Virus record (IMG/VR): IMGVR_UViG_3300007735_000800
Span: 62,278 to 126,277 of that record
DNA length: 64,000 nucleotides
Source: a virus
Direction: 5' to 3' (one strand)
Position numbers and translations under genes: made by a program. Positions 48,961 through 56,588 of the stretch are shown here, in pieces. The notes beneath the pieces were generated by a model that saw nothing but the letters and a program-made list of their open reading frames with translations, made no database searches and had not been told where the DNA came from. Numbering within the stretch: position 1 is the stretch's first letter; each line of letters starts with the position of its first letter.

Positions 48961-49486
48961 TCGTGTTCCCCTTGAAGCAGTCCCAGCCGCGCTCACGGGC
49001 AATGAGTTCAACGCTCATTACGCCACCACGCGCCCAACGGATTTCTTCGCACAACTCCCGCCTCGCCTCGTCACGCTCTGCAGTCAGACGATCAATCCTC
49101 TCCAAGAAAATTTTATCCTGACCTTCTAGGAACAACTTGAAGTCTTTGACAGACGGTGGAAACCCAAGTCCTTTTGGATGATCCTTGAAGCAATCCCAAC
49201 CACGGGAGTTGGCATAGTCACCAGCAAGGAATCCAGTCAAGTGGTGGAAGCCACAGACTTCTTGCCTCGCTTCATCACGCTCTTCACGCAACTTTTTGTT
49301 CATCTCACCAACAGGCTCACAGGCTGTGCAGGAACCCTCAAAGCCATCGCGGAGCATCTGAATGCGTCTCTGCAAGTCATTGATGTATTCATAAGCCTCA
49401 CCAATGTCCCGCAGAACATCCACAGGGAGATCGGTGCGCTTGGTATGGCAGCGTAGGCGGTAATCTATGGGCTGGTATTCGGTCAT
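48953..49486 (-). CDS. protein with two ERDEAR/GWDCF cassettes
   Basis: Start MTEYQ; two copies of the module. Confidence 0.6.
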   Translation of the reverse strand: MTEYQPIDYRLRCHTKRTDLPVDVLRDIGEAYEYINDLQRRIQMLRDGFEGSCTACEPVGEMNKKLREERDEARQEVCGFHHLTGFLAGDYANSRGWDCFKDHPKGLGFPPSVKDFKLFLEGQDKIFLERIDRLTAERDEARRELCEEIRWARGGVMSVELIARERGWDCFKGNTND

Positions 49487-49487
49487 A

Positions 49488-49766
49488 TCAGTTCTTCCAT
49501 TCAATAGCAGAGGTTCCCTGAAGGTGGATGCTACGTCCATCAGAAGTGGTCAGGGCGACACCAGTTCTATCAATGTACCAAATCTCACAGTTCTCATACA
49601 CAGCGGTAGGAGTAGTTACCGTGGCCTTTCTGTTTACGTGCCAGTCCCACTTTATCATGCAGAACACCAGTGCAATGAACAATGCAGACAAAACAATCAC
49701 CCAGTACTCAAAAAGGATGCTGATGCAGGCTTTTACCAGTGCTGAGAGTTCTTTCACTATGGTCAT
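49488..49766 (-). CDS. membrane-anchored hypothetical protein (start codon uncertain)
   Basis: Hydrophobic helix; the codon at the usual +1 position of its promoter is ATA. Confidence 0.45.
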   Translation of the reverse strand: MTIVKELSALVKACISILFEYWVIVLSALFIALVFCMIKWDWHVNRKATVTTPTAVYENCEIWYIDRTGVALTTSDGRSIHLQGTSAIEWKN

Positions 49767-49786
49767 AGTATACTACACAAAACGAA

Positions 49787-49954
49787 TCAGTCAACCTTGT
49801 CCTTGATGGATTCCAACAGAGCCTTGATGCGATTCTCGCAGAAGGTCGTGTAGATCATCGGGTAGTCTTCGGGATCTTTGTAAGGATTATCCTTTTCCCA
49901 CTCCTTAGAGAATACGGTAGCCATCGCGTCCAACAGGAGTTCTTTGTTTTTCAT
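49787..49954 (-). CDS. 55-aa hypothetical protein (not in ORF track)
   Basis: MKNKELLLDAMATVFSKEWEKDNPYKDPEDYPMIY...KVD*. Confidence 0.45.
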   Translation of the reverse strand: MKNKELLLDAMATVFSKEWEKDNPYKDPEDYPMIYTTFCENRIKALLESIKDKVD

Positions 49955-49956
49955 AA

Positions 49957-50370
49957 TCAAAGATTCTCGTAGTTCTTTTCGATGAAGTTGGCAATCTTCT
50001 TGAACGAGTGGCCGTCATCGTTCATGTGCGACAGGCTTCCATAGTGGCCCTTGTCCATAACATCAAACTCTCCAAGCCTGCCCTCCATGCCAGCCCAACG
50101 CTGAACGGCAACGGGAAGTTCCTCGGCAGCACACTCACCACTGCCGTACTTCACGACATTGAAAGAGGCATCGTGATACATCTTGCCAACTTTGGTGGGG
50201 AGAGCCTTCTTCTTTTTGGCTTTCTGCTCGGCCTGATACATCTCGGTCAGGACACCCAAGCAGCAGTGCTTCTTGCCCTTGCTGGTGATCTGACAGAGAT
50301 ATGCCTCGCCCTGCTTGTACTTACCGGAGCGAAGAGCCTTGACCCATTTCATTGCGATAGTCTTGTTCAT
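49957..50370 (-). CDS. conserved phage hypothetical protein
   Basis: KWVKALRSGKYKQG...CCLGVL...LSHMNDDG.SF..IA.FIE; TATACT-6-ATG. Confidence 0.65.
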   Translation of the reverse strand: MNKTIAMKWVKALRSGKYKQGEAYLCQITSKGKKHCCLGVLTEMYQAEQKAKKKKALPTKVGKMYHDASFNVVKYGSGECAAEELPVAVQRWAGMEGRLGEFDVMDKGHYGSLSHMNDDGHSFKKIANFIEKNYENL

Positions 50371-50400
50371 GTTCCTAGTATACTCCACGAAAGGGGGAAG

Positions 50401-50757
50401 TCAATCAATCATGCCAAGAGACTTGGCAACGCTTGAATACTTTGGCTGCAAATTTTGATCAATTTTTACTTCAACATCCGTCATGGCACTCGGGCGACCA
50501 CCCACGATCTCCTCGGCCTCGACAGACCGGGACAGGTGCATGGACACTCTCTTGCGCTTGCGCTTCACCACGACAGGCTCAAACTCCACATCGAAGGAAG
50601 TCTCGTAGGATCGCATACCGCGCATGATTGGGTCTACGACATACCAAGACTCCAACGAAGTGCAGGGAAGGCTTGGCAGGGCATTGTAGGCTTCCAGAAG
50701 GCAATTGCGAAGATACTGCACCTCGCGCTTGAGTCGTTCAACATCATTGCTTTGCAT
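50401..50757 (-). CDS. hypothetical protein
   Basis: TTGACT-17-TATACT-6-ATG (MQSND). Confidence 0.55.
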   Translation of the reverse strand: MQSNDVERLKREVQYLRNCLLEAYNALPSLPCTSLESWYVVDPIMRGMRSYETSFDVEFEPVVVKRKRKRVSMHLSRSVEAEEIVGGRPSAMTDVEVKIDQNLQPKYSSVAKSLGMID

Positions 50758-50805
50758 GGTCATAGTATACTCTCTGTGGGTGGGTTAGTCAAACTAAATA
50801 GTTAC

Positions 50806-51399
50806 ATGAAAAGTTTTAAGGAATATCTCATGGAAGGTTCCGGTGGTCAGATATTCGGAATCGACCCATTTGGAAACAGGGCCAAGGCGGAAATAATGAA
50901 GATGGCCGCAAATATCGGCTACACGGTTGCAGAAGGCCCGAAGCACACGAAAATAATAAATCCAAAGACAGGTCAACTGGTCGCAGCGATCAGCCATGGA
51001 GCCAACCGAAGTGAGTACAACGAAAGATTGGTTCTCAAGAATCTTGCCAAGGATCTTGAGGCATCGGGAAGCCAACTCCGACCCCAGATGCCGGCCAAGA
51101 CCGTTGCAGACAGAATACGCAGCGGAACCCAACAGGGAAAAATATTCCCAAGAGCCGCAGGACTCCCCGGAATCGCAGCACAGGTAGCCGGAGAAGCCCT
51201 TGCAGCGCCAGTACAGCAAGCAGGAGAGGAATCGGGACTCATTGATTTAATCGCCAGAGGAATAAACGCAGTAATTCCAACGGACATTCTTGCATCAGGC
51301 CCATCACCAGCAGAGGAAGAACGCCAAGAGCAGGAAACAGAGGAAAGATTGAAAAAAATGGGAGTCAATCCAAAAATAATGAGAAGTCTACCAATATGA
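50806..51399 (+). CDS. late protein with CTS-like leader and HicA-like domain
   Basis: TAAATA-5-ATG; MKSFKEYLME; GYTVAEGPKHTKIINPK..ISH. Confidence 0.55.
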   Translation: MKSFKEYLMEGSGGQIFGIDPFGNRAKAEIMKMAANIGYTVAEGPKHTKIINPKTGQLVAAISHGANRSEYNERLVLKNLAKDLEASGSQLRPQMPAKTVADRIRSGTQQGKIFPRAAGLPGIAAQVAGEALAAPVQQAGEESGLIDLIARGINAVIPTDILASGPSPAEEERQEQETEERLKKMGVNPKIMRSLPI

Positions 51400-52106
51400 A
51401 AAGATTCAAAAAATTCTTAATTGAAATGGAAGCAACATCAACCGACAGCACATTGTCATCAAATACAAGTGCATCAGCGCCCCCGGGTTACCACAGACTT
51501 CCATACATAAACCCAACCATGCCGGGTTACCCATATCCCGTTGAACCCGACATGAAACCAGCAAGCGAAAACGAGAACGCACCGCCAAACCCGATAGACT
51601 GGCAGGAAGTTGATGATAGAATGAGAGACATTGAAGAAGGATTCAATGAATGGATGAGGCTTATAAATGCTCTGGGTTGGGATGGTTTCCTACTATGGCT
51701 GAAAAATAATTTAGGCATAAATTTGGGAAATATAAACACAGATGATTTTTTCCTGTGGTACACTAACAGATATCTCGACAGATTTGATCAATGGTTCAGA
51801 GAAAATTATCCAGGCGCAAGTCAACAACAACGAGACACATGGTTCGCTAAAAAAGCTCTCTTGCGTGATAAATTATCTGAAATTTTTAACAGACACATTT
51901 ATCCATCAACTCCCGGAAATCCAAACCCGTGGTTACCATTTGGTGGAGCCGATGATGACAGATACAGGCCCATGGACATAAATGATCCAAGTACATGGGA
52001 GAATTTTGACACTGAAAACAACCCATTTTTGAGACCTTGGTGGCGTGAACCAAATCGCATACGCGATGATCCAATGAAACCATATCCAGGAGTATATCAG
52101 GGATGA
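51396..52106 (+). CDS. late protein with CTS-like leader
   Basis: MKRFKKFLIE; Trp/Pro-rich. Confidence 0.55.
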   Translation: MKRFKKFLIEMEATSTDSTLSSNTSASAPPGYHRLPYINPTMPGYPYPVEPDMKPASENENAPPNPIDWQEVDDRMRDIEEGFNEWMRLINALGWDGFLLWLKNNLGINLGNINTDDFFLWYTNRYLDRFDQWFRENYPGASQQQRDTWFAKKALLRDKLSEIFNRHIYPSTPGNPNPWLPFGGADDDRYRPMDINDPSTWENFDTENNPFLRPWWREPNRIRDDPMKPYPGVYQG

Positions 52107-52480
52107 GAAGATTCAAAGAATTTTTAGAAAATTATGATCCCTACCTCGATGATCCTTCTCAATTCCGCCCGGACGGAACCAGAAAGGGAAAGGGATGGCT
52201 TGGAACATTCAAGAATGCCAAGGGGCAGGATGTATCTGAATATTCGGTATCAGTCCCTACTGAGGAATTATATGACATGGATCTTCCAAAGGGAGCAATA
52301 TTGAACAAGCCAGAGACTCTGATTCCAACATTGGTTCCTGATCTAGATGATTCAGAGGTAGAATCGGTAGTGAAGGCAACAGAGAACGAGGACAGCGAAT
52401 TACCGGATAGCGTCATGAAAAAGGCATTTTCTCATGCCCAAAGCCAAGTAAGACAAGGAAGAAGTCAGTTCAGACAATGA
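52103..52480 (+). CDS. late protein with CTS-like leader
   Basis: MRRFKEFLE; RPDGTRKGKGWLG...LIPTLVP...KKAFSHA. Confidence 0.55.
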   Translation: MRRFKEFLENYDPYLDDPSQFRPDGTRKGKGWLGTFKNAKGQDVSEYSVSVPTEELYDMDLPKGAILNKPETLIPTLVPDLDDSEVESVVKATENEDSELPDSVMKKAFSHAQSQVRQGRSQFRQ

Positions 52481-52944
52481 AAAGTTTTAAGAAATTTTTA
52501 GAGGAAGAAAAACAAAAAGCTTCCATTCAAGATGAGGCAGACAGACGCCTTAAATTTGAGAGGGAAGTCATGGGAATGGAAGATAATGGAACATACGCTA
52601 TTGAAGCAGATCGAAGATTGCAGTTAGTGAATCAAATTACAAAAGAACGAGAAGCAGCTTTCCCCGAAGAGGCCAAAAATAAAAGATTTGACAGAGCAAT
52701 TCAAAAGCATGGTACTGAATTTGCAGCTATGAATATTCCCTATCTTACACCTTGGCTAAAAGGAAAGGTTTTGGCTGCAACAAACCGGCTAAAAGGAAAC
52801 CCAACCGAAAGAGTGAATTCTGAAATTTCAGTTTTATTAAATTATCCAAAAGAATTTGATACAGGTGTCTTGCCGCAAAATACAGTAAGAGTTGCACCTA
52901 GCGCAACAGCCGAACAAAAGAAAAAAGAAATATTTCTACCATAG
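52477..52944 (+). CDS. late protein with CTS-like leader
   Basis: MKSFKKFLEE. Confidence 0.55.
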   Translation: MKSFKKFLEEEKQKASIQDEADRRLKFEREVMGMEDNGTYAIEADRRLQLVNQITKEREAAFPEEAKNKRFDRAIQKHGTEFAAMNIPYLTPWLKGKVLAATNRLKGNPTERVNSEISVLLNYPKEFDTGVLPQNTVRVAPSATAEQKKKEIFLP

Positions 52945-53286
52945 CACCACCATTGGATTTGAAAAAGTATAGAAAAGAACTTTTATATAATCTTACATTT
53001 GGTTTGATGGATGAGAAGGAATAAGACAAGGGGTAAAGAGGGGTAGGAGAAAGTGTGGTAAGGGTAAAGGGTTTTGAAGAAAATTAACAAAATTTGAGAT
53101 TAGAGACCCCACCCCTCAAAGCCCCTCCAAAGCCCTTAAAATCCTTTTAGAGCCCTTCCAAACCGTCCAAGGTAGCCCGAGAGGTCTTTTTTAGAAGCTT
53201 TTTATAGGGCATCCTAGACAGTCAAGCAATTTTTATAAATTTTTAGACAATTTTTGATAAATTTTGAACAATTTTAAAACCCGTTT

Positions 53287-53438
53287 ATCCTGTCCAGGCC
53301 CCGTCCAGGCAATTCTCCATCCTGTCCGTACAAATCCTGTCCAAAGGGGGGTTTTGATCCTGTCCGAGCTCTCCGTAGCATTCCCAGAACCCCCGGATAG
53401 TAGTTTTTAATTTTTTCTGAAATTTTTGAATCCTGTCC
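53287..53438 (+). repeat. five direct copies of ATCCTGTCC
   Basis: Copies start at 53287, 53319, 53334, 53357, 53430. Confidence 0.85.
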
Positions 53439-53542
53439 GGTAAAAGTTTCAAATTTATCTGAAACTTCATAGAGTCCCATAAGTATAGCACAGACCAGTC
53501 CGATAACAACCAGTCCGGTAACTCTATTGAATAGCAACGCCC

Positions 53543-53649
53543 GATAACCCCCAGCCCCTCCCTCACAGTTATCAGACACAGGGGACTGGGGGGTTATCAG
53601 CCGCATGAACAGTCTGGTAACTATACACCATATATGGGGGTAGGTCAAG
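53543..53649 (-). ncRNA. promoter-driven GC-rich hairpin, candidate small RNA
   Basis: TTGACC-17-TATAGT promoter not followed by ATG; about 17-bp inverted repeat GATAACCCCCAGCCCCT at 53543-53598. Confidence 0.4.
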
Positions 53650-53806
53650 CAATGGAGCACAAGTCCGATAACTCAGCCCAGCCGGCTTCCTGGAGAAGAC
53701 CACGTTTCTCCAGAGTAAATTAATTATTATTTGTGGGGTTGTGTATATTGCGTCCCTGGATGGAGAGCTCGGAACAATCCGGGGTCCTTGCCGTCCATGC
53801 CGTCCA

Positions 53807-53871
53807 CTACTATCAGGAGGCGTCCAGTCCATGCAAAAAATCAGGGATCCTCTGAGGATCCCTGATAGTAG
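53807..53871. repeat. CTACTATC...hairpin-GATAGTAG cassette 1
   Basis: Inner TCAGGGATCCT/AGGATCCCTGA stem; T-run follows on the minus strand. Confidence 0.85.
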
Positions 53872-53928
53872 CTGCCGGCCCTGGATGGGCTCTCTCCTTC
53901 CCATCCAGGGCAATGCAGAACTTTTTAT

Positions 53929-56103
53929 TTACTTTGCGGGGGAAATGGCCTGCTGATACTCCGGGGGGAGTCCGGGCTTGATGGCCTGCCCCGCCACGAT
54001 ATCCACATACCGGGTGAGGAACACGCGGCTACCCGCCCTCTTGCCCATCGTCTTGACAAAGGTGTTCTTGATCTTGGTGAAGGTTCCGCTCTCCGCAATG
54101 GCATCCGCGTCCTTGACGATCTTGGGGGTGCGGATCAGGAAGAACGAGTCGTAGCCGGGAGCCATGTCCGGGTGGCAGATGATGGCACCGTCCTTGTACG
54201 CCTCGCGCATGGCGGTGAAGCGGGGCGAGATGCCCGTGTTGCGGAGGTGGTAGGGGAGGTTGAAGTACGCCTCCCGCTCCTTGGTGGACATGCAGAACGC
54301 GAGGTACTCCGTTTCGTGCAGCGTGTTGCTGCCCACGAACATCCCGACAAGCCTAGCGTTGATCGTCTTGCGGAGCGAGTCGAGCATGGAGCCGATGAGG
54401 ACATTGGCGAGGTTCGTGCCACGGTAGTCGTACAGGTTCATGCGGTGAGCCGTCCCGCAGACCTCGTTCATCACGGTCATCGTGCCATTCTCCGCGTGGT
54501 GGTAGTACGCCGTCTGCGACACCAAATCGTCACGGGTGTAGATGCCGTTGGGCTGACCATCGGTGACAACCATGAGGGTCGGAATCTGAATCTTCTTGTC
54601 GGCCACCCACTTGAGCATGAACTGGCTGACCGCAGCGATAGCCTCCACCGTGGGAGTGCCGTGCAGCGAGAGGCAGGCGGGAGCGTGAACGCGATCATTG
54701 TAGTTCGCGGCCTTCTCCTTGGCCTCGTCCACAAACGCACCGTACAGGTAGGCCATCATGCGCTCCCGATCAGCAGCCGAATCGGAGGACGAGAGGAGGT
54801 TGAACAGGCGCACCATGCCGTACTCAACGGAGGTGGGCTTGGGGTTGTTGATCTGCGTGAACAGGGGCGCGTAGTGGAAGTCGCCCTGACCACCCTTGCG
54901 CCTCCAGTCGTTGAAGGCATCATCGTACTTCTTGCCGTCAATGTAGGCGGGGCCGCAGTCGGTGAAGGCGAACACCTCAAACGGAATCTTGGCCTTCTCG
55001 CAGAACCAAACCAACTGGAACAACTGGAGGATGCAGTCGCTCAACCGGACGCTCATGCTGCCTGAGAAGTCGAGCATGAACACCATGCCGTGGTTCTTGC
55101 CGTCCTGCTTGACGATCTTGCTGATGAAGATATCGTCATGGGTGCGGTACTGGTGGAGGCGGTCGAGGTTCAGCATCCCGGTCTGCTTGGGACGCTCACG
55201 CCGAATCTCGTCCGCAGCCTTGCGGCGGTCGAACTGCGCGGCCAACTGGCGAACGAATGCATCGGAGTGGCGAACGAACTCGCGGTAGCCGTCCATGTTG
55301 ACGAAACCGTTGTTGCGCTCCTCAAACTGCTTGAGCAGATTGGACGAGGGGATGATGATGGTGGACAAGTCCTTCACCGGGGAGATGGTGACGCAGGAGG
55401 CGGTGAACTTCTCACCGTCCTTCTTGTCCCCTTGGCCGGGGGTGAACTCCTTGATGGCCTCGTCCATGAGGTTGCTGCCGTCCCGCCGTCCGCCCGCCTT
55501 CTGCTCCTCCTTCATCTGCTCGACCATGCTCTCCATAGAGGGGTGATCGTACAGACGCTTGGCGATATCGTAGACCTCCGCAAAGGTGGTCACGGCATCA
55601 ACCTCGTCCGCGATCTTCTGCTCCTCATCGGTGAGGTTGATCGGCAGGAAGCCCTGAACGCCCCACTTGAAGTGGAGGTTGATGCGGTTGACGAGGCTAG
55701 CCCGGTCAAAGTCCATCTTGGAGAAGCCGAACAGGTCGGTGTCCACGATCTCCTTGTAGCCAAGGAAGAAGTCGCGGCGAGTGCCGGGGAACTTCTCCTT
55801 CATCATCTTCTCGATGCGGACATCCTCGACCACATTGGCGATCCGCTGAAGGATGACCGGGTTGTAGCCCTCCGCCTCCGCAGCCTTGAGGATGGCATCA
55901 CTCTCCTCCGCAGGAGTCCACAGCGCGTGGCTGATCTCGTGCGCGATCAGCATGGTCTGCACGGTTTCCGAAACCTTCCACACCGGGAGGGTGAGGTGAC
56001 GCTGCTTGACATCGAAGGACGCGGTTTCCGCGTTGGGGTCGAAGGCGAAGGACAGGTTCTCGGTGGCGAGTGCGCGGGCGAAAATGGAGAGAGAGGTGTT
56101 CAT
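53929..56103 (-). CDS. VWA (MIDAS) domain protein with N-terminal HExxH motif
   Basis: AHEISH; LDFSGSM, GTPT, VVTDG MIDAS residues. Confidence 0.85.
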   Translation of the reverse strand: MNTSLSIFARALATENLSFAFDPNAETASFDVKQRHLTLPVWKVSETVQTMLIAHEISHALWTPAEESDAILKAAEAEGYNPVILQRIANVVEDVRIEKMMKEKFPGTRRDFFLGYKEIVDTDLFGFSKMDFDRASLVNRINLHFKWGVQGFLPINLTDEEQKIADEVDAVTTFAEVYDIAKRLYDHPSMESMVEQMKEEQKAGGRRDGSNLMDEAIKEFTPGQGDKKDGEKFTASCVTISPVKDLSTIIIPSSNLLKQFEERNNGFVNMDGYREFVRHSDAFVRQLAAQFDRRKAADEIRRERPKQTGMLNLDRLHQYRTHDDIFISKIVKQDGKNHGMVFMLDFSGSMSVRLSDCILQLFQLVWFCEKAKIPFEVFAFTDCGPAYIDGKKYDDAFNDWRRKGGQGDFHYAPLFTQINNPKPTSVEYGMVRLFNLLSSSDSAADRERMMAYLYGAFVDEAKEKAANYNDRVHAPACLSLHGTPTVEAIAAVSQFMLKWVADKKIQIPTLMVVTDGQPNGIYTRDDLVSQTAYYHHAENGTMTVMNEVCGTAHRMNLYDYRGTNLANVLIGSMLDSLRKTINARLVGMFVGSNTLHETEYLAFCMSTKEREAYFNLPYHLRNTGISPRFTAMREAYKDGAIICHPDMAPGYDSFFLIRTPKIVKDADAIAESGTFTKIKNTFVKTMGKRAGSRVFLTRYVDIVAGQAIKPGLPPEYQQAISPAK

Positions 56104-56199
56104 GCCTACAGTATAAGGGATGGTCGTGGGTGCGTCAAGCGAAACAGAAAGATTTTTTTGCGTCCGATAACTCGGCCAGCTGCAGGTACGGGTCTGGGA

Positions 56200-56273
56200 C
56201 TACTATCCGGCACCGTCCTAAGAAATAATAAAGTTCTGCGAGTCCTCGGCCCTGAAGGGGCCTCGGATAGTAG
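56200..56273. repeat. CTACTATC...GATAGTAG cassette 2
   Basis: ACTACTATCCG/CGGATAGTAGT; GTCCGATAAC at 56162. Confidence 0.85.
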
Positions 56274-56324
56274 TTCCCCCTCCCGCTGCCCCGGCCCCCA
56301 CAGGGGGCCGGGGCATGAACAGCA

Positions 56325-56567
56325 TCAGACGGTCACGGGGCTGATGAGCGAGGTCAGGTCGTAGACCCCCCTGCTCACCGCGCTCTTGTAGTCCTTCAGC
56401 ACCCAAGTCGGGATGCCCTTCATGTTGATGGACTGGGCAATGGTCAGGAGTTCCGTCTTGGTGAACTGGCTGTAGTCAGCCTGCCCCCCTCCGCTAGCCG
56501 CCTGTGCGGTATCTGCGAACTGCTTTGCGGCTTGGACGAAACGATTGCGCTTGTTGAGGTATGGCAT
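56325..56567 (-). CDS. stand-alone paralogue of the AAA ATPase N-terminal domain
   Basis: IPTWVLKDYKSAVSRGVY aligns with LPAWLVQDKSRRVGRGLY of the ATPase. Confidence 0.65.
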   Translation of the reverse strand: MPYLNKRNRFVQAAKQFADTAQAASGGGQADYSQFTKTELLTIAQSINMKGIPTWVLKDYKSAVSRGVYDLTSLISPVTV

Positions 56568-56588
56568 TTTCTTTTCTTTCTTTCTTGG

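Larger units (their letters stand above)
52945..53928. other. about 1 kb non-coding junction with strand-skewed tracts, direct repeats and hairpins
   Basis: No credible gene; G-tract then C-tract segments, AT-rich stretch, ATCCTGTCC and GTCCGATAAC repeats. Confidence 0.6.

Noticed and set aside
50455-50805. N-terminal extension of the 50455-51399 ORF, and similar extensions at 57900-57938, 58365-58448, 60959-60997, 62722-62862
   Set aside because: They overlap opposite-strand genes or the promoters themselves; true starts placed at the promoter-proximal ATG
53274-53956. ORFs 53274-53660, 53285-53566, 53572-53913, 53741-53956
   Set aside because: Cross repeats and hairpins, lack the local codon pattern and proper starts
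52900-54000. Assembly chimera joining two organisms at the GC shift
   Set aside because: Same leaderless promoter grammar, TAAATA late motif (59404-59409) and A-biased tRNAs on both sides, with an intermediate block at 47-50.8 kb; not fully excluded without spanning reads
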